Assembly (NCBI GenBank): GCA_964016885.1
Contig: OZ024740.1
Span: 285,882,001-285,946,000, forward strand
DNA length: 64,000 bases
Origin: Eledone cirrhosa
Lineage: Eukaryota
Reading direction: 5' to 3'
A model generated the notes under the pieces. It saw only the letters and a list, made by a program, of their open reading frames with translations, was not told where the DNA came from and did not search any database. The position numbers were made by a program, and so were the translations under genes. Of this stretch, positions 12,753-25,879 are shown piece by piece; position 1 is the first letter of the stretch; each line of letters opens with the position of its first letter.

Positions 12753-14467
12753 TAATCATTGGTGGTTCACTATCATTTGTATGTTTTCATGCTTGAATGA
12801 GTGAGCTTTACTCAATTACCTCTATCAAACATTGTCTTCATGTCTGTCAGTTGCAGCTTTCTAAATAGTTGTTTCTTTCTTTCTTTATCTTACCAATTAA
12901 CTTCACAATATTTCTCCTCACTCTCCATTTTCACTGCATGTCTACATTACGTCAGTTTTATCTGTTTTATATAAATGAGTATTAGTGTGAAATTATAAGG
13001 CATTTTTATTATTATCGTTATTATTATTATAGTCATTTCTCCTTTCTACATACTGAATCCTATTTTTTGAAAAGCTGGACTGTTGTATATCTGTATGTGT
13101 TAAGCTAGTAAACTTTCTAAATGCAATTAAGTCGAAATCCTTATTTTGTTGTGTTTTTTTTGGGGGGGGGGGGGGGGGTGAAACATGCTTGGGGGAAAAA
13201 AAAAAAAAAAAAAATGTTACTTCACAAATATATATGCATGTGTGTACCTGAGCATGAGAGAAAGAGCGAGCTCTGTAATAATTTGAGTCATTCATATGGG
13301 AATATGACTTATTCATATGTTTTCATAGGGGAATTTGTGTTGTCCATGTGGGAATTTCACTTATTCAAATGGGAATAAATTGTACAAGAATTTAAATTAG
13401 TTTTTATTTTATTAGACAAAGCAATAATGTGCAACAGTTGTAAAATCTCACCAACCCGGACACACTTTATTTTACTTATGTTTGTCCATCGAATCCAATG
13501 AGGACATGCATTCCTCTTACACATATCCGGTTATCCATCATACTGTCAATTTGTCTTAATTCTCACAATCTCACAGCTATATTTTCAGATATCAATAGAT
13601 AGTCAATGAATGTTACTAAATCCTGGGGCTAATATATAGGATCATGCAAAGTTCAGTTACAATAGAATATTTTATATATATATATATATACATATATATG
13701 TATATGTATATGTATAATGTATATGTGTGTATGTGTGTATACACACACACACTTGAGAAGAGAAATTCTGTTCACCCAATAAGAATGGGAACTCTATAAC
13801 TTCAGTTAGCTGCCAATTATTAATGACACTTGACATTGCTCAAGTGACATCCAGGAAATTACATTTCCTTCCCCAAAACTCAAACCTACTTGCGTTTCTA
13901 TCAATTTTTAACCTCCCTTCCATTTTATGACTACTTTGTGTGCCATGGCTAAAATCATAAATTTCATTATAGAATTTTTCTTAATTCTGTTCCTCCTCCT
14001 TCTTTTTCTTGTCATAAAATATTATCTTTAAATATTGAACATTGGGGAGGAGAGCTACAGGAATGGATGTGTGGTTCAAATGTTTACTTTTGTTCTGAGT
14101 TTCATGCTATTCCCTGGCATATTTTGAGGAAGTGTTTCCCATTATACTCTTGAGTTGATGAAAGCCTTATGATTGAAATTTGGTAGACGGATACTATGTG
14201 AAAGTCCTTCAGATGTGTATGTATACATATACGTACTCTCACACACAAATATGTGGCCACATTCTAATGACTGAAAACTATAAAAGACTATATATATATA
14301 TATATATATATATAGCATGGAAAGAGGACAAAATGATGATGATGATGTAGGAGCAGACATAGCTGTGTGGTCAAAAAGCCTGCTTCACAATGACATGGTT
14401 TCAGTTTTAACCCTGCTGCATGTCTTCTATAGCTTCGGTCCGACCAATGATTTGTGAAATGCATATA

Positions 14468-14799
14468 CAGTGTACCCCTGGCATTCAGTCTCAACATTCG
14501 CCGTCCCGGTTATTCGCAGAATTTTCCTTAGAACCTAACTAATAATTGTTTGTGAAAACCACCACATATTCGAGGAATCGTAATTATCTTCCAGGTTTTT
14601 TTATGGCTTTCTTTTTTGTGGTAATATATATTTTTTTACACTTTTTAATGTTAAATTATTAATACCATATTTGCTGGCCTATATTTTACATTGTTATGAC
14701 GTTTATAGGCAATTTTATGGACCACGCCCAATATTTGCGGTTTTTCACTCTTCGCGGGTGCTCTAGGAGCATAACCCCGTGAATACTGTGGTTCAACTG
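14468..14799. mobile_element. Tc1/mariner (Tigger/pogo-like) MITE inserted in a family C SINE region
   Basis: TA|CAGTGTACCCC..ATTC left end and GAATA..GGTTCAACTG right end; CpG-rich interior. Confidence 0.65.
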
Positions 14800-17700
14800 A
14801 ACACACAGACATGCAACAGGTCTCCATACTATTCCTGTCAAGCAAAAGTTGTGGTAGAAGACAGATACTACACACCAGAATTGAGCCCAAAACTAAATGC
14901 TTATAAAGTAAGCTTCTTAACCACAAAACTATGCCTGCCACTATAATAGAGCTTACTATTCTGTCCATATTTAATTGTCTACTTCAAGAGAAAAATTAAG
15001 GATGGTTTCAAGGCAAAATATATCAACTACGCATAATTTTATCATGGAAGTATTTTTGTTTCCGTTTTGTTGGGTGTTTTCCGTCTATATGTTGAAAACA
15101 ATTCTTCATAGAATTTCTATCTCTTGGACTGAGTAATCCTACATATTGACCTTTATCTAAGTATTACTGCTTTCATATTTAAGATAAATATATTGAAAAT
15201 ATGTTCCAGCTACATGTGACTTGGTGTTTGTTTTACCTCTCTATGCTCTAAATTGAAATCAACGTTATCTTTCAAGATTGATAAAATAAAACAACAGTGC
15301 TTCTATCAATGTTTAACCTCCCTTCCATTTTATAACCTCCTTGTGTGCAATGGCTAAAATCATAAATTTCATGATAGAATTTTTCTTAATTCTGTTCCTC
15401 AGGAGTTAAGGGCCCATACATGTATTTATTGCTTAATATTCGAACTAGTGGAAATCAGTACTGATCTAATTTACTTCAAAGAAATTTAGAGTAATAGCTG
15501 AGTGGTTAAGAGGTTTGCATCAGGAAGGGCATCTATCTATAGAATATTGCCTCTAAATGTCTCATACAACCCATGCCAGCTTTGAAAAGCAAATGATAAA
15601 AAAAAAAAAAAGGATGAATTTTTGTGAAATTAAAATGAAATTTTTTCTTGTGTTTACTTTTAATTTGATTTATTACGTATTAGTGAGATTTTAAAAAACT
15701 CTTCTAATACAAATCTGCTTGAAACCGCCCCTGGTTTTATGATACAAAACTGCCTATTTCACATTTATACTAAAACTTTCTATCATACTTTAATGTAATA
15801 AATTTTTGTTAAGTAAGGCTCCTAACATCAGCTTAATAATGAAAGAATTATTTTATTAAATTCTTCCAAATTCTTGATTATTTTTAAAATTAATTGAAAC
15901 CCATGTATAGAAATATGGTGACAAAAATATTAATGAACATGCTTAATATTTTGAAGGTTTCATTGCAGAAGTTTAACTTTTCCATAGCCATTATTCATAC
16001 ATATATTCTTCAAGTGATTGGCATAGTTTCAGAGTAATCTGATATATTCGAAAGAAAAAGAAAAAAAAAAAATCCATCTTTTATAAATATATACTCAAAT
16101 TAGTGATTAAAAATATTTTCTATTTTTAATGTAGCTCTGGTTATTTCTAGACTAAGTTGCTTTTATACTTTTCATTAACATATCATATTGAGTTGGAATT
16201 CAGTGTCATCTAGAATTTCAGCTATAGGTAATATAATAAAGAATGAACTAAAGCTGACACCATTGATTAATGAAACTTTTTTTTTAGTCAAGATATTGTC
16301 TTATAACTTGAATTATCTCTAAATGTAGATCATCTATAAATACACATCTCTGGGTTAGACTTTAACAATCATATATTTTTCATTTGCAATTGTTTTTACC
16401 TTTCTTCCTGTAATTTTTCTTCATTTATTGATTTCTTTTTCAAAAATGATTTTGATTTTGGAGAATTCTCATCACTGTCATCATCATCATCATCATTATT
16501 CAAATGCAGTAATCAATGTCCACAACCCTCTTCCACCCATTGCAGCTATCATAATAAGTTGTGGTCCTGTCAGTGGAATTTGAATCCCTTGGTGAAATTT
16601 GAACTTAGAAAGCAAAGTACTGTAACAGCTATCACTAAGCATCTCATCCAATGGCTCTAATACACCCACCTCTGTAGATTGGTACCTCAAATGAATAAAA
16701 TGTAAAGTTGACCATGGTGGGTTTTGAACTCTGAGCACAGAAAGTGGGAACACATGCCATAATCTGCTGTTTTTGTAGAAATAAACAGACCTTTATTTCT
16801 TGTAATAAATTAGGTTTCCAAAATATGTTCTGAGTTTTGAGAGCTCTGTCAGTTTTTACAATGAGTGTTCTAGTTGTTTGATCAACAGAATGGCCTACTT
16901 GTCACATTAATGTGTAATTGGCAGAGTATTCCAGTCACATGTATCTTTAATGTAATTCTCAGAGGGATTCAGTATGACACAGTGTGTGTGTGTGTGTGTG
17001 TGTATGTTACAAGGCTGGATCTTTGACTTACAGGTATATTCCATTTAGTCGGCTTCCAAATCATTTCCTTCTACCTCTTTTCATTCATAAAGCTTGCATC
17101 AACCTGAGGCTACAATAAAGACACTTTCTTGATGCCATACAGTGAGATTGATCCCAGGACCTCATTATTGTAAAGAAAACCTCTGAACCACTCAGCTATG
17201 TCTGTGTCTACGCTGCTCTCAGTAGTCACTATAAAATTACTAAATCTCTTTAGAGTTAACTGGATCAGTACTGATTTCTACTAGTTTGAATATTAAGCAA
17301 TATAAGCATGCATGGCTCTTAACTCTTGATGAAGCCATAGACACACTGTTGTGGCATACATCACTTAAACGAAGCAGAACCCATCCATTTCCAGGAATGA
17401 ACATAGCCAATGTATTTCAGAGAGAAGTGAGAAAGAGACATAGCAGGAAAATAGAGCCCAGTATTTGACTGGTACTTTATTTTATTAACCTTGAAAGGAT
17501 GAAAGACATATTTGATCTGAATGGGATTTGAACTCAGAGCATAGGAGGCTGGAAAAAACTTGGCAAAGCATTTTACCTGACATTTTAATGATTCTCCCAA
17601 CTCATCACCTATATGCAATATATAGTTTAAAAACAGAAGAGATATTAAAAACTGATTTTTCATTATTCGATTCATCTTACCAACAATATTAACAAAGAAT

Positions 17701-17824
17701 TGCTTGGAAGACAAAATTTAATATCAAACAGAGATGAAGTAATACGATAGTTATTGGAATAACATATTTAATGCTTTGCAATTGTCAAGAGAAAATAATG
17801 TCAATAATGATTTTTTTTGTTTAG

Positions 17825-17838
17825 GTATGAAGCTATAG
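17825..17838 (+). other. Candidate 14-nt microexon / recursive-splice exon
   Basis: ttttttttgtttag|GTATGAAGCTATAG|gtaagt. Confidence 0.5.
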
Positions 17839-18559
17839 GTAAGTGTTATTGTGTTGTATCTTGCTCTAGGGAACAACACATCATCTGCAGTAGCATACAT
17901 ATAAACTATCTACATGTTACTTATCCAATATCTCAACCTTCAACCCTCACTGTCAGTGTTGAAGGTATTCTGGGAATTCAGAGTTAAGTAACATTTTCAT
18001 TCATATTCCAAATATATATTTAATAATTTTTTCAGTCTTCCCTAGTACACATGAAAACCTCCCTAGTGCCGGTGCCATGATAAAAGGCACTCAGAACATT
18101 CTGTAAAATGATAGTGTTGGTGCCATGATAAAATGTATCCAGTGCAAATTGCATTGTATTAAAAAGGTCACACAACTATAGAAATTATACTGAAATGTGG
18201 AACATATTAACAAGATCTGGTTCTCCAACATATAGACCATGATGACCTGTCTAACCCATGCCAGCATGAAAATTGGACATATGATGATGATATTTATGCT
18301 GATATTCTGGAAATAAGCTAACTAATATTTTCATTCATATTCCAAATATATCTAAATAAATTATTTAAATAGAATTTTGTTCAGTGTAGATTAGAACTAA
18401 GAAATATCCAAATAGAGGAGAACGGTGACTATCTTTCCATACAACACTAGTTTGGATGTCTTTTATATTCATCACCATTTAATATCTATTTTCCCTACTA
18501 GCAAGACTGGATAGTTATCACTGACCAAGTCAATACTTAAGTAGTGCTACTGACCTCAC

Positions 18560-19025
18560 AGATGAGGGTCCTCTCCAGTACTGGCTGCCTCCTCTCTTGT
18601 GTTTCTTTGTCAGTATCTCTTTGAAGGTCAACATTTTGAAATCAGCTCTAATCACCCCAGCCAAATTTTTCCTGTCTTCCTTTACTACAGTTTTCTTTCA
18701 CTGGCATCTCCTTGTATGTCTTCACCCTGCAATCATTATCCTTACACATCACATGACCATACCAGCATAGTCTTCTCTCTTGCACACTACATCTGATTCC
18801 ATTTACCATATTTCCCCGCATAGAAGACACTACTTTTCCCCTAAAATAATAAGCCTCAAAAATCTACCATGCGTCCTGGAGGCTGAAAGTTGTTTATTAT
18901 TTTTTTTCAAATTTTTGTTTGTCAAAATTAGGGTGAGTCCTCTAGGATGAATCGTCTTCGGTGCCGGGTATATTTAGTTTTTCTCTTAGTTTATTAATAC
19001 CCCATCGTTCATGCATAAAAGTACT
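18560..19025 (-). mobile_element. RTE LINE 3' relic interrupted by a Tc1-like MITE (about 18806-18977)
   Basis: ORF 18648-18830 reads GIRCSVQERRLCWYGHVM; MITE ends TA|CCATATTTCCCCGC..AGAC and GTCTT..GCCGGG.ATAT. Confidence 0.7.
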
Positions 19026-21321
19026 ACAGCCATCACTCACAAACAAGCATGCTTTTTCTGAGGATTTTAGTGCCTATATAGTTGCAAGCAGACAGACACT
19101 CTATTGACCCTACAACGTTTGATACTGCAGAACCTCCAGGATGTAACAGTTGGAGGGAGAGAGGGCAGCATTGGTGAAGACAAAGCTATAATAGAAGACA
19201 CTTGCTGAACCTGCCACACTGTGCATTTGAACCCCAAACTATGTGATTGTGAAACAATAATCTTAACCACACAGCTACGTTTATTTAGTTTGATTTACTG
19301 TATCAGTCAAATTCCATGTGGATGTATGATCACTTCATAATACACTTTAAAATTTTAATTTATAGTAAGTTAAGTATAAAAGACAATTCCTTTAAACTTT
19401 TTCATCTTAACATTTTCTGGCTTCTCTTTGTTCTTATTTTTAATTAGTTTTAATTGTATTGAAATCATGAAAATCTTTTGATATCTCTTCTACATGGATG
19501 ATATCTTCCATTAGTTGAGTCTTTGTTTTTGCCATACAATTTGACTTCAAGTGTTATCTTTTGAACAATCTCAATCTTCATTTACTTCTAAATCTTAACC
19601 CTTTTGGTATCAACTCAGCCAAAACAGGCTTTGGTTCTATGAAACAAAACCACACATTTTAAAGGGCTCCTATTTAAATTAAAATCTTCCAACATAATTT
19701 TAGTAACTTCCTTAAAATTCTTCATTATTTGGTCGATAAAATAAAGTACCAGTAATGCACTGGATAATTGCTGGCCTTGTGCCTAACGTAGAAACAATTA
19801 ATTATTTGAAATAATGTTTATTTCATTAGAAATACTGTCATGAAAATACAAACAAATTATCAAACCAAATGTTTGGAGCACCTTAGTGGACAGATTATTG
19901 TGAAAAGTTGCTGAAAACTTAAGTAAGGACTTTAATTTTTAATCTGATGCAGTGTTGATTTATTCATTTTGAGAATATCTTACTAATGCAGTTTCATGTG
20001 GTACAGGATGTTAAGAACTAATGGCTTCTGTTACCTACTATCTTGCTGTGTCAGTTCCAGGCCCATATCCTTCTTCAATATTTTCATCACATAATAGCAA
20101 ACACTTTCATTCTTCTGTTACTTTCATTTGAATTTTCTTTCTTCTGAAAGAGAAAATCTATAGCATATATTCTTGACTGCCTGTATTCTTCATTTGTATA
20201 CAATGTGTACAATTAATTCCTTTTGTGTGGGACACAATCAACCATGTGCAATTTTCTGAGACTCACTAAGCATGTCTTTAAGACATAGTTATTTGGAAAG
20301 CAATTGATTTCTTTTGTATTTCAAGCTAGCATCCACCATCAGTAGATTGCTTATGATATTGTACTATATACTAAGTTTAAATCTCAAATTACTGTGTAAT
20401 CATAATGTGCTGGATAATGATTCTTTTCCAATTCATTTAGCCCATTATGATAATACTACTTCATAAACATGTTGAACTTTAAGATGGAGACTTGCTCAGA
20501 AAGAGTTGATTGCTAAACTTTTGAACTCTAAAATCAAGGAACACCACTGTTAACCTACTAATTTGATAATTAGAAATTAATAGAGTAGATAGTAGTAAAA
20601 TACTAGGATTATGAAGGATGAACGTGGGACTACATTCTCAATACTATATAACATGGACATCATTTCTGACATATAGGTGCTGTAGTTTAATTGTTTGAGA
20701 AAAAAAGGACTTTGTTTAGTATAGTAACACAATTATTTCTGAAATCTCTGACGGGAGAAAGACATCCTGCATATAGCATCATCATCATCATCATCATCAC
20801 ACACACATTCATAGTGTGCCCATGACCAACATTCCCTCTCATTTTTCCCAACCACGGAGTGGAATGTTTGATGCTTTGAGCAAAAATATTTCAAATTCAA
20901 AGCTACTGCATAGCAACATTTTGATATGCGCAGCAACTGTGCAACATAGAGGTAACATTACTCATGTTCTTTCAAGACTGATGAGAGGTAGAAAGGAAGG
21001 TATCCTCAAACTAAAGTCTTGGCCATAAGAATTACAACAGAGTGGACTTCACTAAAGGCATCAAAGGGCCTTGTCATGGTTTAGAACTAGGAGAACAATT
21101 AAGTCTGCCACCTAAAAGTTGGCCACAACAGAGTTTGAACTCAAAATGCAAAAAGTAGCATCAAATAAATACTGCAACTGTATCTTGCTCAATGCTGTAA
21201 CATTTCCATCAATCCACTGCCATGGACTGGCATTTTATTTTATTGAACTCCAAAATGATGAACTGAAAAGTTGAACTCAGTGGAATTTGAAGCATTTTTT
21301 ATTCTTTAAAGACAAAAAATA

Positions 21322-22023
21322 ATGTATATACTCCAATATAAGTCGACCTCCTATTTTATGTCTGAGATGGGCAAAAATCTAAACTACGTTTATAAGCTGA
21401 GGCGGCTAATCAACACATTGTTTAAATCAGGCATGTGAAACTGAGGGTCCCCCGAGGGCCACATGGGTCACATATGTGTTGTCTGAGGGCCACACATGAC
21501 AACTAATTTTTTAAATTTTATATTACAACGATAAAACATGCTTGTGCTGAAAAACCTTTGTGCGGGTCGCAGGTGCGCTTGTAAAGGGGCGCATGTGGCC
21601 TACGAGCCACATGTTTAATATGTCTGGTTTAGATGCTGTGGCTTTGAAATTTTCAGGAGCGGAGAATATATTTATGAAGTTTTAATATTTTGATATTTAA
21701 AATCTTTTAAGTGTCATTTGTAGTATAGTTTTTGTTTTCCAATTCCATTAAGTAATGATTTTTTATCAATTTCCAACTGTTTTTGAAGACCATATTCATT
21801 CAAAACACATAAAAAAAAAACAGTAGTAAATTCACCTCCAAAGTAAAGCTAGTGTATATTTTGTAACATTCACCTTAAAAGTGAAAATATTTTAGCAAGT
21901 CATTTACATAGAATTTGAAGTTGGTGAAAATAGGCAAAATATTGACCTCAAATATAAGCTAACTCCATTTTACCATCAAATTTTTTGTCATATATTTCTC
22001 GACTTATATACGAGTATATACAC
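21322..22023. mobile_element. Tc1/mariner-superfamily non-autonomous element, copy 1
   Basis: TIRs GTATATACTCCAATATAAGTCGA and TCGACTTATATACGAGTATATAC. Confidence 0.8.
21428..21626. mobile_element. hAT (Buster/Charlie-like) MITE nested in copy 1
   Basis: CAGGCATGT..AAC and GTTT.ATATGTCTG ends; 8-bp TSD GTTTAAAT/GTTTAGAT. Confidence 0.75.
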
Positions 22024-22411
22024 TAATTATGTATACAAGTTGTATATGTTCATCTGACCTTGTCTTACAATGGAACAACTCGTTTAATTCATGCTAGCAT
22101 GGAAAAACAACAATGATGATGATGATGATCATGGTTTTTTCTTTTCTTATATGATTGGTTAAAGACAATGATTGTATCTGCTTTGTTTACTAAAAGTTAC
22201 ATAACTGTCATCTATTGTACGCTAACAACACTTGACATTTTTGTTTGCAACTGTTGAAGATGCTTGTAGAGATCATATTGATAATTGGTAAAGAAAATAT
22301 AGATGTGTGCATGTGTTTACTATATACCTGTGTATATGTATGTATATGTACACACACACACACGCGCGTGTGTATACATATATACACACATATGCACACA
22401 CTCATATGTAT

Positions 22412-22483
<72 letters not shown>

Positions 22484-22485
<2 letters not shown>

Positions 22486-22829
22486 AGGCACATGGCTTAG
22501 TGGTTAGAGCATTGGCCTTACAATCGAAAGGTTGTGAGTTCAATTCTCAGACCGAGTGATGTGTTGTTTCCTTGAGCAAGACACTTTATTTCACATTGCT
22601 CCAGTTTACTCAGCTGTAGAAATGAGATGATAGGGACTGGGGTCCATATCATACCATTGCCAAGTGGTCGTGGAGGTGCCACGGCAAAAAAGCACCCAGC
22701 ACCCACTGTAAATGAGGTTGGTGTTAGGAAGGGCATCCAGCTGTAGAAATCAAGCCAGCATCAGGTCCCGTCCCACCCTTGCAAGCAGGGAAAAAGTGGA
22801 CGTAAAATGAAATGATGATGATGATGATG
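22484..22829 (+). mobile_element. Full-length SINE family B with RTE-derived tail
   Basis: tRNA head, central domain, GTTGGTGTTAGGAAGGGCATCCAG segment, tail CCCACCCTTGCAAGCAGGG..(TGA)n. Confidence 0.85.
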
Positions 22830-23102
22830 TGTGTGTATATATATATATATAAATCTGTGTTTTCCTCCCGAGAAAAAAATATTTTCCCCATTTCTGTTCT
22901 TAATTTCATCTATCTTTTTATTTGTTCTTCTCTCCCTCATTCTATCTTCCAAGAAGGGCTAATGTGTGAAAAGTTAAGGCTCTTTTCCTGCTCTATGAAT
23001 CATTAAACCAATACATATCATTAAATAATAAATAAAGAAATCATTATTGTACTATGTTGTTCTCCCATGCTGTTTTTCCTTGTTGACTTTTCACCCTCCC
23101 CC

Positions 23103-23140
<38 letters not shown>

Positions 23141-23199
23141 ATATATGTATATATATGTGTGTGTGTGTATATATATATGTATATATATGTGTGTGTGTG

Positions 23200-23248
<49 letters not shown>

Positions 23249-23425
23249 ATATATATATATATGTGTATATATATGTGTGTGTATATATATATATGTATAT
23301 ATATGTGTATATATATGTGTGTGTGTATATATATATATGTATATATATATGTATATATATATGTGTGTGTGTGTATATATATATGTATATATATATATAT
23401 GTGTGTGTGTGTATATATATATATG

Positions 23426-23456
<31 letters not shown>

Positions 23457-23565
23457 ATATATATATATGTATATATATATATGTGTGTGTGTGTGTATAT
23501 ATGTATATATATATATATGTGTGTGTGTGTGTATATATATATGTATATATATATGTGTGTGTGTG

Positions 23566-23601
<36 letters not shown>

Positions 23602-23710
23602 TGTGTGTGTATATATATATATGTATATATATATATATGTGTGTGTGTATATATAAATGTATATATATATATATGTGTGTGTGTATATATATGTATATAT
23701 ATATATATAT
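23103..23710. repeat. About 600-bp (TA)n(TG)n compound microsatellite
   Basis: Directly visible; source of the 175-254 aa pseudo-ORFs. Confidence 0.95.
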
Positions 23711-23762
23711 TCAAAATATAAAGAATAGAGATAGAAGGTGTCACTGTAACATTTGACTAAAC

Positions 23763-24153
23763 AATTGCTTCTACTTTTGGCACAAGGCCAGCAATTACCC
23801 CAGTGCATTACTAGTACTTTATTTTATCGACCCCGTAAGGATGAAAGGCAAAGCGAACCTCGGCAGGTTTTGAACTTAGAACGTAAAGGGACATAACTCT
23901 ATGCTGCAAAGCATGGTGTCAGACGCTCTACCGATACTGCCAATCCACTGACCTCACTAAATAATTGTTTTTACTTTTGGCACAAGGCCAGCAATTACCC
24001 AGTGTATTACTGGTACTTTATTTTATCGGCCCCCGTAAGGATGAAAGGCAAAATTAATCTTGGCGGGATTTGAACTCAGAATGGCAAGGGCCATAACTCT
24101 ATGCGTCAAAGCATGGCGTCCGACCCTCTACCGATACTGCCAATCCACCGCCC
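23763..24153 (-). mobile_element. Two tandem family A SINEs
   Basis: Copies 23763-23952 and 23962-24153 separated and flanked by ACTAAA(C/T)AAT. Confidence 0.9.
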
Positions 24154-24246
24154 TTACTAAATAATATAGTCTAATAAGAGGGCGTATAAACCCACTGAAC
24201 AGAAAAAGATGGGAATCAGCGCAGTGGATTTATATACCCATTATTA

Positions 24247-24460
24247 GATTGACAGTATCAGTAAAGCGTCGTACACCATGATTTGCAGCATAGAGTTATG
24301 GTCCTTTACGGTTTGAGCTCAAATCCCACTGAGGTTAGCTTTGCCTTTCATCGTTACATGGTCGATAAAATAAAGCACCAGTAATGCACTGGGGTTGATC
24401 TATTCAACTTTCTCCTCCCCTACAATTGTTGGCCTTGTGTCTAAATCAGAAACCATTATT
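24247..24460 (+). mobile_element. Family A SINE (long variant)
   Basis: Retains the GGGGTTGAT..CCCC segment that the young copies lack. Confidence 0.85.
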
Positions 24461-24886
24461 GGACCTATATTATTTAGTCAAATGTTACAGCGAAGCTTCT
24501 ATTTTTATTTCAGTTTTCAAACTTCGCTCACCGCTTTTTAAACATACTTCCTTCATAAAGAGTAGATTTTAATTATTGAACACAACAACTTTCCTACTAA
24601 ACTGAAGAACTTGTAAGAAATTCAAGTGAAATGACATCAATATTCTATCAAATATATGTCTCTGTCAGCTTCAAGTGAATAAATATAGATTTACAGAATA
24701 AGTCAGAGTTCTTATGAACACTTCAATCAATTTGATTCTTTATCTTTAACTTATATTCTCTGTCACACTCACGTTATTTATCTTATAACTATCTTATTGA
24801 TCCTGTTATTTTGACTTTCATCTTTCAGATGTATCTTTGCATCATTCTATCTATCTTGTTTGAAACCCCTCACATATTCTCTCTTC

Positions 24887-24924
<38 letters not shown>

Positions 24925-25291
24925 ATATATGTCCAGCTCTTGCTAGCAGTGAAAACTGGCATTAAATGATGATGTTACATCATCATTTTATGTCTATTTT
25001 CCATGCTGGCATGGGTTGGGTAGGTTGATACGGTCAGGGGCTTGACTGGTCAAGGAACCCACACTTTGCTCATAGGTTTCATATTTGGCATGATTTCTAC
25101 TGATAGATGTCCTTCCGAATGCCAACCACTTAACGCCAACCACTTAACTGATTCCAACTTCTTTAATCTCAATTTTCATATACCTTATATGCTCGAATAT
25201 AAGTTCACCTCCATATTCTATGTCTGAGAAATAGGTGAAAATCTAAACCCTGTTTATAAACCAAGGTGGCTAATCAATACATAGTTTAAAT

Positions 25292-25879
25292 CAGTGTTTG
25301 CCAACCAGTGGGCCGAGAGAAAATGTTGGTGGTCCACAGAAAAATTTGGACATTATTTGCAATTTTTATGTTTTATTAATAATTGTTTCTACTTTAGGCA
25401 CAAGGCCAGCAATTACCCAGTACATTACTGGTACTTTATTTTATCGACCCCGTAAGGATGAAAGGCAAAGTCAACCTCGGCGGGATTTGAACTCAGACTG
25501 TAAAGGGACGTAACTATGCTAGAAAGCATGGCGTCCAACCCTCTACCAATACTGCCAATCCACCGCCCTTTCTTTTATTAATAATGTTTTATTAATAATA
25601 AAACAAAAATAATATTTGGTTGAAATATATTTTATAACACCCCTAAAAAATGTTTCTCCTCAGTAAAGAACTAACATCCATGAAAGAATTTTACACATAT
25701 GTATCATCTATCGACAATATGGCATACATACGCTTGAGTATTATTTAACAAACTGGAAGTTCTCTCATGATTATTTTACAAACGTATTTATCTTTTTAAA
25801 AAAATTCATATTAGTGGTCTGTGGGATTTAAAATTATGAATTTAGTGGTCCATGAGGTCCGAAAAGTAGGCGACCGCTG
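25292..25879. mobile_element. Second hAT-like MITE family, containing a family A SINE at 25380-25569 (-)
   Basis: CAGTG.TTGCCAAC and GTAGGCGACCGCTG ends; 8-bp TSD GTTTAAAT/GTTTAGAT. Confidence 0.75.

Noticed and set aside
20973-21023. Hammerhead-like CTGATGA GAGG..CCTC AAAC
   Set aside because: GAAA box lacks its G and no valid NUH triplet fits with stem I
23044-23808. Long ORFs of 175-254 aa (also at 3-378, 12.4-12.8 kb, 26.9-27.4 kb, 61.9-62.4 kb)
   Set aside because: Translations of TA/TG microsatellites that lack stop codons by composition
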